Below, in pieces: positions 11,867 to 25,180 of a DNA stretch of 43,232 nt. The notes beneath the pieces are model-generated. The model was not told the origin of the DNA. It ran no database searches and saw only the letters and a list, made by a program, of their open reading frames with translations. This DNA comes from Octopus sinensis (taxonomy: Eukaryota): contig NW_021832636.1 in assembly GCF_006345805.1 (NCBI RefSeq), forward strand, positions 1 to 43,232, read 5' to 3'. Position 1 is the stretch's first letter, and each line of letters opens with the position of its first letter. The position numbers were made by a program, and so were the translations under genes.

Positions 11867-12716
11867 GGCGGCGAGAGCTGGCAGAAACGTTAGCACGCTG
11901 GGCGAAATGCGTAGCCGTATTTCGTCTGTCGTTACGTTGTGAGTTCAAATTCCGCCGAGATCGACTTTGCCTTTCATCCTTTCGGGGTCGATAAATTAAG
12001 GACCAGTTACGCACTGGGGTCGATGTAATCGACTTAATACCTATCTCTGTCCTTGTTTGTCCTCTCTATGTTTAGCCCCTTGTGGGTAATAAAGGAATAG
12101 GTATGGTATAATTTAAGGAAAGCGGCGAGCTGGCAGAGTCGTTAGCACGCAGGGCGAAATGCTTAGCGGTATTTCGTCTGTCGTTACGTTCTGAGTTCAA
12201 ATTCCGCCGAGGTCGACTTTGGCTTTCATCCTTTCGGGGTCGATAAATTAAGTACTAGTTACGCACTGGGGTCGACGTAATCGACTTAATACGTTTGTCT
12301 GTCCTTGTTTGTCCTCTCTGTGTTTAGCCCCTTGTAGGTAGTAAAGAAATAGGTTGCCCGTCTGCCGCTACGTTCTGAGTTCAAATTCCGCCGAGGTCCA
12401 CTTTGCCTTTCATCGTTTCGGGGTCGATAAATTAAGTACCAGTTACGCACTGGGCTCGATATAAACGACTTAATCCGCTTGTCTGTCCTTGTTTGTCCTC
12501 TCTGTGTTTAGCCCCTTGTGGGTAGTAAAGAAATAGGTATTTTGTCTGCCGCTACGTTCTGAGTACAAATTCCGCCGAGGTCGACTGCCTTTCATCCTTT
12601 CGGGGTTAATAAATTAAGTACCAGTTATGCACTGGGGGTTGATGTAATCGTTAATCCGTTTGCCTCTCCTTGTTTTTCCCTTCTGTGTGTAGCCCCTTGT
12701 GGGCAGTAAAGAAATA
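11867..12716 (+). mobile_element. Tandem array of four family C SINE units
   Basis: Units 11867-12099, 12121-12351, ~12359-12535, 12536-12716; 21-mer GGTATGGTATGATTTAAGGAA at 11846, 12100 (1 mismatch) and 12717. Confidence 0.9.
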
Positions 12717-13280
12717 GGTATGGTATGATTTAAGGAATGGAGATTTAGTTACTACATCTGTAAAATAACTGATTATACTACATAAAATAACTGCATGATG
12801 CGTGGTAGCCTAGACGTGTAATGAGCTCCGCGGGATTGTGTGACACAATTGTTGCAAACTGCCTGTGGTAGCGAGTGATGAGTGCAATAGTTTGGAAGCG
12901 TTGTTGGTAATGAATATAGCTGACTGCGATCTGTAAGTGGGTTGCAAGCATATTATGTTGAAGCGGTTGCAGTCTACAAGTTCAATGGTTTCACGCTGAG
13001 GGAGTCCAAGTGTAAAAATATGTTGCGTGTTTAGGCTCTGAGATGCGTGTGTCGTTGGATGTAAATGAAGAGCAGCCCGCAAATGTAGCATGTTGCAAAT
13101 ATACAGGACTGCAAGCAGTGTATAACATTGAGAGCAATCGACCACTTCAGCTCACTGCATCGTATTATACGAACCATTCACATTCTTTTTCAAGTGATGT
13201 AAATTTCCGTCGATATAGTTTCAAGTAATTTAATTTTTTTTGCCATTATTCTTCTTCCTTTTTTTCATTCATTCTTCCTT

Positions 13281-13323
<43 letters not shown>

Positions 13324-13329
13324 ACTCTC

Positions 13330-13363
<34 letters not shown>

Positions 13364-13458
13364 ATCTATCTCTACCTTTGTCTTTCGCTCTTTCTCTGTC
13401 TTTTTCTTCTATGTATAATGTGCGTTCGTGTCAATAGTTTTATGTTTTATATGCATCT

Positions 13459-13547
<89 letters not shown>

Positions 13548-14054
13548 CGTGCGTGTATATGCGAGCGAATGGAAAATGAAGGCTGAGAAAAATGCGAACT
13601 ATCGTTTGATAACTTTGTGACAAAAGATGGCAAAAACAAGGAAGACAAGTGAAAAAGCAGCAGCTAACAACATAAAAAGAAACGGGAAAAGTTCGATATA
13701 TCACCTGATGTGAATGAAAAATTAACAATTTCCTTTGTTATTCAATATTCCGTTACACTTGGTTTTGTTACTGCCGTTTCTTTTATTTTATTCGAAATGT
13801 CTTTGAAGATTCTAAGTTTAATTCAAAATGAAATATCTTTTCAGAATTTTTTGTCCAAATAATATGAAAGCGAAAACTTTAAAAAAATTTAGATAGCAGA
13901 ATATATCAATGGCTGTACATAAGAGAATTTATGGGGCGCTGAACAACATAGATTTACGCATTTGGCTAAGTCGTTTTGAGTTCAAGTCTTACACCGGTCG
14001 ACTTAACATTTCAGAAGTCATTGGTCGGTCCGAGGCTATAGTAGAAGGCATCCA

Positions 14055-14610
14055 GGATCTTTTCGCTTTGAACGGCAGTTTTTAACATAATTTCTAGGTA
14101 ACTAAAAAATTTAAAACTTCGTATACTGGTAGAATGTGTTTATAAAACATCTTTTGGATCTTTTCGGTTTGAACGGCAGTTTTTAAAAATAATTTCCACG
14201 TAACTAAAAAATTTTAAACTTCGTATACTGGTAGAATGTGTTTATAAAACATCTTTTCCTCTTGGCTTTATTGAGAAAATTCCATAGTTTGTAAGATATT
14301 TGTAGTATTTTTCTTCAATTTCTGTTGTTTCAACCAATCAATGACGTCTATTGAGGTAAAAAAAAAACATTCTGTGCCGTATGCATATGTTCCTCGTTTA
14401 AGAAACAGATTGAGTTTATTTACATTTGTGAAGAAAAAAATATACCCTTCCCCCACCCCTAACCCTAAACCTAACCCTAACCCTAACCCTAACTAACCCT
14501 AACCTTAAAACAGATTGAAATGCAATAGATCGATACTGGGGTCATAATGATGGGTGACAATTTCATATGACACCGCTAGAAAAAAATTGCCGTTCAAACC
14601 GAAAAGATCC
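14055..14610 (+). mobile_element. Merlin-like MITE with internal telomeric repeats, inserted in a decayed family A SINE
   Basis: TIR GGATCTTTTCGGTTTGAACGGCAGTTTTT; 8-bp TSD GGCATCCA (14047-14054 / 14611-14618); first 101 bp duplicated. Confidence 0.85.
14457..14508. repeat. Interstitial (CCCTAA)n telomere-type repeat inside the MITE
   Basis: About eight imperfect CCCTAA units. Confidence 0.9.
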
Positions 14611-15109
14611 GGCATCCAAGATGCCGGGAAGTCACACTGAACTCAAAACCGCGAGAGTGTGAAACCAAGATATTTCACTTCACAGCCATGCCTACGTGTT
14701 TTTGCCTTTACATTTGTTTTTCAAAGCAAGTGGCGGAATTGGTCTGGTGTCTTTCAACAGTTTGTTTACACGAGCCGTGACCTCTATGAATATTCTTAAT
14801 GCATTAATTATATGAAGTAAACATCAATACGTTATACAAACCAAACAACACACAAAATTTGGTCATCATTTCGATGTCATTTATTTGTTTTTTAACTGTT
14901 GTGGTGTTGTTGTTGTTGTTGTTGTTGCGTAATTTTCGGTTTGGTCAGCAGCGTTCTGTGATACTAAGCCGCCGCCGCCGCCGCCGCCCATCCACTGAAA
15001 CTGGTGTTCTGGGACCGTTTCACTCTGTTTTGTTTGTCCCAAAAGCTCTCGGTTTCTCTCTATAAACAATATATTTTGCTTTTGTTCTTGTGCATGTTCT
15101 TGTTGTTCT

Positions 15110-15146
15110 TCTACTACTACTACTACTACTACTACCACTACTACTA

Positions 15147-15180
<34 letters not shown>

Positions 15181-15535
15181 TTACTACTACTACCACCACC
15201 ACAACCACCACCACCACCTCCACCAACACCACTACTACTACTACTATTGCTACGACCACCACCACCACCACCACCACCACCACCACTACTACTACTACTA
15301 CTACCACCACCACCACCACCACCACCACCATCACCACCACCACTATTACTACCACACCCTACTACTACCACCACACCACCACCACCACCACCACCACCAC
15401 CACCACTACTACTACTACTACCACCACCACCACCACCACCACTACTACCACAACCACCACCACCACCATCACCACCACCACCAGCACTACTACCACCAAC
15501 ACCACCACTACTACCACCACCACCACCACCACCAA
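15110..15535. repeat. Compound (CTA)n/(CCA)n microsatellite
   Basis: Direct reading. Confidence 0.95.
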
Positions 15536-15774
15536 CTCGGAAGCCATGAGATTGATTCATATTGCCTTTGTTTTATTATTCATCAGACAAAATACCTTGG
15601 GATATTTAGTTAAGTTTGTTTACATCTGGAGTTCAAATTTGCCTTTCGTCCCTCCGTTGTCGATAAGCTAAAATGGCAGTCAAATGCTGAGATCGATGGA
15701 ATCGATTAGGCTCCTCTTCTCAAAAGATCCGGTCTTTTGCCAAAAAACAGAAACCATTATTGTCATTATTGATA

Positions 15775-16235
15775 AGACGGCGAACTGGCGGTGTCGTTAG
15801 CACGCCGGGCAAAATACTTAGCGACATTTCGTCCGCAGTTACCGTCTGAGTTCAAATTCTACTGAGGTCAACTTTTACCTTTCCTCTTTTCGGGGTCGAT
15901 AAAATTAAGTACCAGTAAAATACTGGTAATCGACTAGTCACCTCCCTCAACATCTCCTTTAGTAGAAATGATTATTATCCTTATTGTCAAGACGGCGAGT
16001 TGGCAGAATCATTAGCACATCGGACAAAATGCTTAGCGGCATTTCGTTCCTCTTTATGTCCTAAGTTCAAATTCCGCCGAGGTCGACTTTGCCTTCCATC
16101 CTTTCGGAATCAATAAAATAAGTTAACAATTGAGCACTGGGGTCGATGTAATCGACTGTACCTCTTTCCTAAAATTGCTGACCTTGTGCCAAAATTTGAA
16201 ACTATTATTATCATTAATATTATTATTATTATTAT

Positions 16236-16273
<38 letters not shown>

Positions 16274-16480
16274 AGGCAGCGAGAATCGTTAACACGCTGG
16301 GCAAAATGATTAGCGGCATTGCGTCTGTCTTCATGTTCTGAGTTCAAATTACGCCGAGGCTAACTTTGCCTTTCATCGTTTCGGAGTCGATAAAATAAGT
16401 ACTAGTTGAATACTAAGGTCGATGCAATCGACTATACTCCCACCCCGAAATTGCTGGCTTTGTGCCAAAATTTGAAACCA
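15775..16480 (+). mobile_element. Three diverged family C SINE copies with ATT tails
   Basis: Starts near 15775, 15990 and 16274; each has GAGTTCAAATT..GAGG..ACTTT..CCTT. Confidence 0.8.
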
Positions 16481-16507
16481 TTATTATTATTACTATTATT
16501 ATTATAA

Positions 16508-16798
16508 TTAGTAGTAGTAGTAGCAGTAGTAGTAGTGGTGGTGGTGGTGGTGGTGGTGGTGATGGTGGTGGTGGTGGTCGTCGTCGTCGTTCGTCGTCGT
16601 GGTGATCGTGGTCGTGGTGGTCGTGGTCGTGGTGGTAGTAGTAGTGGTGGTCGTGGTGGTAGTAGTGTGGTGAGTGATGGTGTTGGTGGTTAGTAGTAGT
16701 AGTGTGGTGGTGGTGGTGGGTGGTGGTAGTATTAGTATAGTAGTAGTAGTTTTTGTTTGGTGGTGGTTGTGGTGGTGGTAGCAGTAGTAGGTATACAA

Positions 16799-16859
<61 letters not shown>

Positions 16860-16972
16860 TGTGGTGGTAGTAGTAGTAGTGGTGGTGTTTTTGGTGGTAG
16901 TAGTAGTAATAGTAGTAGTAGTGGTTGTGGTGGTAGTAGTAGTAGTGGTGGTGTTTTTGGTGGTAGCAGTAC

Positions 16973-17031
<59 letters not shown>
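16508..17031. repeat. Compound (TAG)n/(TGG)n microsatellite
   Basis: Direct reading. Confidence 0.95.
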
Positions 17032-17032
<1 letters not shown>

Positions 17033-17647
17033 AACAAGAACATGCACAAGAACAAAACCAAAAAGAACTGTGGAGCTTCGGTATCTGTAAGAGCATCATA
17101 CAGGATACCTTGTGGTATTTAGCTGTTTCCACTCATGATGCGACATTGACAAACAAGAAAAAAAAGAAGAAAAAAACATCATCACAATCCTAATCACAAA
17201 TTGATCATTTGGCTTCTGTTTCCAATTCCACAGAAACAACATTCGTAGTAGTAGTGGTAGTAGTAGTAGTAGTAAAGGAGTAGAAAATTAGAAAATAAGA
17301 AAACAAAATGTTATTTTAGAGAAAAGGAAATAATCGGAATTGTCAAAAATAGAATTATCATCAATTATAATATTTAAAAAAAATAACATTATCCAAAGTC
17401 AAAATTAAAGGCAAATATATGGAAGATACCAAAAAAATGTGGGGAACAAAAACAGAAAAAAAAATCGCCACCAACTTACCATGATCTTCATAATATTTTG
17501 TTTGTTTTTTTTTGTTGCAAATAAGGAAAAATAAAATAGTAGCGTTCTCGAAAACGGTATTATCACCCATAAATTAATAGCATTATCAAAAATTAATGAT
17601 TATCGAGAAATGAAAATATAACACTAAAAATAGATGGGAGAAAAACA

Positions 17648-17740
17648 GAAAGTAACATAGTGTCCATCAAATCCTTGAATCCTTAAACCCGAAAGTAACA
17701 TAGTGTCCATCAAATCCTTGAATCCTTAAACCCGAAAGTA
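17648..17740. repeat. Exact 43-bp tandem duplication
   Basis: GAAAGTAACATAGTGTCCATCAAATCCTTGAATCCTTAAACCC x2 plus GAAAGTA. Confidence 0.95.
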
Positions 17741-18557
17741 TATTTCAAATTCATGTCAATTGTCCCGTTCCATCCCCGGCCTCCACAGACGAAATTGAAA
17801 ATGTGAACAGAAAATTTATTTATAAAAATTATAAAAGAAGGTCAAGTGCTCCTTTGCCGTTCACCAGAACGTTGTCAAGTTCTATAGTTACTATTTCTGT
17901 TTTTGCTATTGTTGTTGTTGTTGTTGTTGTTGTGTTGTTGTTGTCTTACTGGTGGTGGTCATGGTGATGGTGGTGCTTTTGTTGTCTTAGTTGCTGTTGT
18001 GTTTTCTTTCAAAAATGATGGTGGAAGGGGTGTTTATGGATTGATCCAATCAATCAATAAATTTATTTGTGTGGTTAGTTATTTGAGTTTTTTTTTTTAA
18101 GTTTTTGTTTTCGATTGATGATGTTTAATTTTTGTTTTTTTAAATAAATTGATTTCAATTTCGGAGAATAGGAAGCGAGAGAGAAAAATACTCGCGTAAA
18201 CTGGATTATTTCCAATACTTCAGGATGTATATGCACATGTATATATACACATATATATTTATACATAATATATATATATAGAGAGAGAGAGAGAGAAAGT
18301 GAGAGAGAGAAACAGAGACAGAGACAGAGAGAGATACAGAGGTGGAGTGACGGGGGGATTGGGAGAGGAGTAAGTGAAAGGAGGAGGAGGAAAATAGAGA
18401 AATGTGAAATTGAGAGAGGTTAGAGGGATAAGTTGTATATTAACTTTAATGTATATATATATTTGCTTAAATATTTAATATAAATATATACACACACATG
18501 TATATATACTCACGCATATATGAGTATATTCACACATACACACACACACACACACAC

Positions 18558-18592
<35 letters not shown>

Positions 18593-18686
18593 AACAAACA
18601 TGGATATGTGTATATGCATTTATATATGTATATATGTGTATATATATAAATGTATATATAGTCATACATATATATTACATATATAA

Positions 18687-18717
<31 letters not shown>

Positions 18718-19373
18718 TGTATGTATGTATGTATGTATGTATGTATGTATGGTTAAGTGATCGGATTGATGGATCTAGTAAGAAATAGCTAAAAATTATC
18801 CAAATAGTATACTTTATTACACATGACCGTATGTATACGTGTTCGCGTGTGAAGAAAACGTTTGCTTGTTTATGTCTGAAAGTTTATATGTATACGTATG
18901 CATGTATCATTTCTATATACACATGAAGGGTTGTTTGCATACATTTCCCTCTATCCATCAATGCGTGAGTGTTTTCCATAGATGAATCTGGAGGTGTATG
19001 TGTCTTGCTTGCGCAAATTAAGAAAAGAACATAAAACCAATGTAATTTGAAAATTAATAAAATATAATAAATGGGTTTTATCTCGTGCGAAAACCCAAGG
19101 GATTGAACTTTAACCGCTTTCCCATCACCGACCCACTTCTCAGAATAATCACCACTTCATCCACCCATTAGCTGTTATGGCAGATGTGAGGCAGAGATAT
19201 TTTAAAACTTAATCACTGAAAAGCGTCAAACGCAAATGTCCTGAATTTCATTAGCATTGTTGTAGGGCCGCCATTTTAGATGAAGATTTCTCGTAATTTT
19301 ATCATTAGAACGAATATTTCTGGTAAGGGTAGATGGCGAGGCTGCAGCTTTCTTTCTTTCTTCTTTTCTATTT

Positions 19374-19445
<72 letters not shown>

Positions 19446-19452
19446 CTATAAT

Positions 19453-19488
<36 letters not shown>

Positions 19489-19900
19489 ATGAAGACGGTT
19501 TGAAAATGTAATTTTAAAAGATAAAATTCCATTTTCAAACCTTCTTTTATATATAATTCAACACGTACGGTACCTTACAACTCCACTCTGTTATATATAT
19601 ATATCTGTCTGTCTGCTTGTTTTTTTATCTACCTATCAATCTATATTTTCTCATATATGAATACATTACATTTCTATACTTATCGTCATATGTATTTTTA
19701 TCTAATTCCGATCATTATTCATCTATTTCTAGCTTATACATAGACTATCTTTTCCTATATTTGTCATTGTATCACAGGTTATTTTTGCATATCTATCTAC
19801 CTACCTACCTATCAAATGTATCGCTCTATATATGTATGTATCTATCTATTTATCAATCAATCAATCTATCTATCTATCTATCTATCGATCGATCTAAATA

Positions 19901-19941
<41 letters not shown>

Positions 19942-20033
19942 TATTATGTGTGTGTGTGTGAGTGCGTGTGTGCGTATGTATGTATGTATGTATGGTATAT
20001 ATATGTGTGTGTGTGTTTGTGTGTGTATATATG

Positions 20034-20073
<40 letters not shown>

Positions 20074-20140
20074 TATATATATTCATATGTGTAGAGAGAG
20101 AAAGAGGCAGAGAGAATAGTCATAGGTGGATAAGTAGAGT

Positions 20141-20233
<93 letters not shown>

Positions 20234-20709
20234 GTAGGTAGAGGGGAGAGAGATATATGGATGGATGGAAGGACGGAGATCACAATAGAAAGAGAGAGAG
20301 AGTGAATTCTATCGTTCATTGCATTCTGTTTCTCGATTTCCAGCTGTTATGAGCATCCTGGGGAAGATCAGGTTCTCTCCCACCCTATCTTCTCCTCCCT
20401 CGTCTTCTTGCGTTCTCTTTACGTAATGTCATATCTACATATATACACAGATGCATATATGCGGAAATGCATGTGTGCATGTATATATATATATATATAT
20501 ATATATTTGTATATATTAAGTATATATATTTATTTATATATAGTATCTATATATTTAATAACGCTTATAACGATTTTGTCCTACTCTAACTGCATCTTGG
20601 AGCTGAGATGTTTCCTGTTCTCTTATATAATTATATAATGTATATATGTAATTATATTTTAATTATTATTTTATTATGTATACATATATACAAATGTATG
20701 TGTATGTAT

Positions 20710-20750
<41 letters not shown>

Positions 20751-21228
20751 TGTGTGTGTGGTGTATGTGTGTGTTGTATGTATATGCATACACACACGCG
20801 CGCAATACATAAACGCATACACACACAGATATATGTACGTATGTATGTATGTATATGCACACACACATATTGGTCAGTAACTGATCAGATTCCCATTCAA
20901 CATATTTAACTGGCAAAGAACAGGCTCTGTGGACAAACTTCTTACCACACTCTGTCCTCATACATACATACATATATACATACATACATACATACATACA
21001 CACCTGTGTGTATTAGTGTGTGTATTTGTATGTGTGTGTGCATGTGTGTGTGTGTGTATCCATACACATCAATAGCTTTTTTATTTTCTTTATCGTCCAC
21101 TTGTATTCTCATTTTCCCTCTCTTTTTCAATTTACACATTTTCTTCCCTATCAGTCCTTTCCCTTTAATGTAATAATCTGAAAACTAGAAAACTACTACT
21201 ACTAATAATAATAATAATCATAGTAATA

Positions 21229-21278
<50 letters not shown>

Positions 21279-21293
21279 TTGATGATGATGATG

Positions 21294-21346
<53 letters not shown>

Positions 21347-21373
21347 TAAAAATAAAAATAATAAATAATAATA

Positions 21374-21915
21374 AATGCCCTGATGCAGTACCAGGCAGTG
21401 ACTCTCATGGCTTCTGATCTTAACAGATTGGAAGTGTTATCATGTAGATTGTTTTGTCTTGGTATAAAAGATGGGCTACAGCAAATATTCTGCTCAATAC
21501 CACAGATTTGCTTGCCAGTCGCTTGACCCTGTGCTGGCGATTTGTGCATTTCTCATCACGAGCTCGTGTAGTGGTAGGGCGGCATCATAGACATGTGTTG
21601 AAAGGAATCTTTTGGGGTTTTAATAATTCACCCCTGGAAACATCGGTCTTTAATTTATCATCGTTAAACAACCCTCATTCGGGGACCTTTTGAGTGGAAT
21701 GGACTACTTAACCTGAAGAGAATCGTAACTGGGCCTTACCTGCAAGGTCATTTACTGTTTACTTTGATATAAGATCACCATGTCGCGCACATATGGTTGT
21801 GATGCATGTGCCTGGTGTACCCTTATCAGACGGGTAGTCATGATGGGTATATTAGGCTTCGTATATTTGTACTCCAGCGTCACTCTGATGTCATGCGCTA
21901 CTCTCTCTCTCTCTT
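21374..21915. mobile_element. Unclassified repeat within TAA tracts; its left part matches 70-192 inverted
   Basis: Shared sequence with 70-192; flanked by (TAA)n; right boundary approximate. Confidence 0.55.
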
Positions 21916-22253
21916 TCTCAATAATTATGATAATAATACAATGTTGAACAGATTGAAAAGAAACCTTGCATGGGCAGTTCTGGAAAACCACTCAGGATGC
22001 ATGTGGAAAAATCCTGGAATTGGTTGATAGAATAGGGAAGGTCGATTTTGGAACTGTAAAGGTATTATTGTATAGAAAGCGTTGCATTAACTCTTATTTA
22101 TGAGAACTATTGTATGTTTTGAGTATTCTCTGTTATGTTTATACATAAATAGTCAACCATTGGACCTAATTTAATCAAAATAACCAAGTAAAATTTGGAA
22201 CAAGGCCCTGGTCTTAGTTTTTTTTAAAAAAGGGGTAAATAAAAAATAAAATA

Positions 22254-22968
22254 ACAGAGAGCCTAGTTGTAGCAGCCTAAGATCAAGTGCTAGAAACTAA
22301 CAACTTAAGAGAAAATATGTATGGAGAAAATCTGTCAGAAAAATGTAGAGACAGTGGAACTTGGAATGGGACAGTGGCAAACAGTGTGGCCGAATGTCCC
22401 AAGCTGACACAGGAAGAATATATGAAATGGCGGCACGACCGGGTTGTAAGAGTTTTACACTGGAATCTGCGTCAGAAATGGGGATTTGAAACTGTAAACA
22501 TATGGTACAGTCATCGAGTCGAAAGAGTACTGGGGTCGAGACTTTCCTATTCAAACAGACCAGTTAGAAAATAATAGGTTGCATATAACAATTATAGATA
22601 AGGAAAAACGAAGTTGTTTATTAATTGCCCCCATCATGTCCGTTTGATTCCGGGATTGTAAAGAAAGAGGATAAAAAGATACAATCCTTCAAAACTTAAA
22701 AGAGAAAGAATTTGGAGCATGAGAACAGTAAAGGTTGTGCCTATAATAATTGGTGTGTCCCTATAGTAAACAAAATATAGACAAATGGCTGAAGTTAGAT
22801 TGGAATAGAATGTCCAGTAGAACTCCTGCAGAAAGTTTATCTCTTAGAGACAGCAAGGATTCTCAGAAGAGTTCTAAGCACTTGAAAGACAGCTGAAAAC
22901 TTGTGGATACCGAAGGTTACAGGTAGTAACCCGCTAACCACAAAAATCTCGAACCAAACCAAAATAAT
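22254..22968 (+). mobile_element. Decayed R4/Dong-like non-LTR retrotransposon 3' end (restriction-like endonuclease domain)
   Basis: ESLVVAA*DQ, eroded CCHC knuckle ending AECPKL, RHDRVVRVLHW, DFPIQTD, KVVPIIIG, TARILRRVLST* across frameshifts; ends in AATAATAA. Confidence 0.85.
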
Positions 22969-23023
22969 AATTCTTTCTACTATGGGCACAAGGCCTGAAA
23001 TAATAATAATAATAATAATAATA

Positions 23024-23064
<41 letters not shown>

Positions 23065-23262
23065 TAATAGAGCTTCTCTGCTCTAGGTGTACGGAAAACA
23101 CTCGGCGAGAAATAGAAGAAAATTTGAAGAAAGAAAGAAATAATAATAATAATAATGATGATGATGATAATAATCAGAAGTAGAAGTACATTAACTCCAC
23201 CATCAACAGTAGCAACAATAAAAATCAACAGCAACAATCATTACAATAACATCAGTAGTAGT

Positions 23263-23320
<58 letters not shown>

Positions 23321-23585
23321 CTAGTGGTGGTGGTGGTGGTGGTGGTGGTTGTAGTAGTAGAGTAGTAGTAGTAGTAGTAGTTTTTGTAGTAGTTGTTGTT
23401 GTTGTTGCTGCTGCTGTTGTTAAATGTGCAGCAAATACTACATTTAAAAAAAAATTGTTATTGTACAAAAAAAATAGGTAAAGCAAAGCAACGTTAACAA
23501 CACTCTAAAATATAACATATCCCTTTAAATAAACAAATAAATTAATTAATTAAATAAAGGAAAACTAATTAATTAAATAAAAGAA

Positions 23586-23657
23586 TGAAAAAGAAAGAAA
23601 GAAAGAAAGAAAAGACGGAAGGAGAGAAAAAAAGAAAGAAAGAAAGAAAGGAAAAAG

Positions 23658-23691
<34 letters not shown>

Positions 23692-23744
23692 AAAGAAAAA
23701 AAGGAAAGAAAGAAAGAAAGAAAAAGAAAGGAAGGAAGGAAGGA

Positions 23745-23787
<43 letters not shown>

Positions 23788-23836
23788 GAAAAGAAAGAAA
23801 GGAAGGGAGGAAAGAAAGAAAGAAAGGAAGGGAGGA

Positions 23837-23872
<36 letters not shown>

Positions 23873-23875
23873 AGA
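23586..23875. repeat. (GAAA)n/(GGAA)n polypurine tract
   Basis: Direct reading. Confidence 0.95.
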
Positions 23876-24699
23876 ATTGATCGACAAATCATCCACTACA
23901 AATAATGCAGTCGGAAAGAAATGGCTGTTACCGAAAATCCGGAGGGAGTTCGATGACATCAATTCAAGGATTAAAGTTTTCCATTTTTATGGATTCGGAT
24001 TTGGATTTTCATTTGATTTTCATGCAATAATTGAGCTTTTGTGAATTCTAAAGACGAAATCAAGATGGCCTGTTCACAGGAAGTACAATTGATTTGATGG
24101 TAGTTTTTTTTTGTGTGTTTTTATGTTGGGTTTTTGTTGTTGTTCTTGTTAGTAATTTGTTAATTGTTTTGTTTTTATATTTTGGTGAGAAAATAAACTT
24201 CCATTTCTACACTGCCTCCTCGAATCGGTGATCTGTTGTTTTGTTTGTTTGTTTGTTTGTTTGTGTGTGTGTGCCTGTGTGTGTGTACGTGTATGCGTGT
24301 ATCTGTAAGTGTGTGTGTGTTTTATAGAGAAATTTGCCGCTATTTCGATGGTTCGAATCTCAGCCTCCAAGGCGTGCTGTACTGTATGTCTATGAACCTG
24401 TCTACCATTGTATATTTTGTTGTTATTATTGTTGTTGTTGTTTTAATATAAAGCACTGGTATGGCTGAGTGGTTAAGAACCCCGTTTTGCAACCACGACG
24501 TTTCGAACCCAGTCTCATTGCTCTCCTATTGCACCGAGCCAATGACCAATGCCTTGCGAATGTGAATCTAGTTGACGTAAGCTATGATTGAAGCTCAATG
24601 CACCTTTAGCAATTTCATTTACTTCGCCCTGTGCTCTCTTTTGCGTCTCCCCTTATATAGGACAAACTGGCCGACGCGATTTGTTAAAAAAGTGATTGA

Positions 24700-25030
24700 C
24701 AAAATTAGAGATAGATAAAATACCAGACTTTTTAAGTCTACTATTCCATCTTTCTCTTTTGCCAAATCGCTAATTTACAGGAACATAAACAATCCAACAC
24801 TATTTGTCAATCGGTGGGTGGGACATATACAAAGATACACGCCCATGCACACTTACACCCTACATACACATACACGCACACACCTACACCCACACACGCA
24901 CGCCACATATACTACGGGCTTGCAGACAGTTTCCGTCTAACAAATTCACTCACAAGGCATTGGTCGGCTTAGGGCTATAATACAAAACACTTGCCCACGA
25001 TCCCCGCGCAATAGGGCTGAACTCAGAACT
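24700..25030 (-). mobile_element. Old family A SINE copy
   Basis: CAGTTTCCGTCTA.CAAATTCACTCACAAGGCATTGGTCGG matches the family A reverse complement. Confidence 0.7.
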
Positions 25031-25180
25031 ACGAGCCAAACTTTTGAAAGCAATATGAAAGGCAAAGTTAACCACAGCGGGATTCGAGCTCAGATCTCCA
25101 ACACTCGGAACAGATAGAAGGCGCCTACCAACACTTGAACGATTTTACCAATCAGACCCCTTATAATTTAATAACTTAGT

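Noticed and set aside
14457-14508. True telomere or chromosome-fusion scar
   Set aside because: Short, single orientation, and internal to a TIR/TSD-bounded element present twice.
15020-17193. Poly-Thr/Pro/Val/His ORFs resembling mucins or extensins
   Set aside because: Translations of trinucleotide microsatellites, open in several frames on both strands.
23569-23962. Lys/Glu/Arg-rich and Phe/Leu/Ser-rich ORFs
   Set aside because: (GAAA)n tract artefacts.
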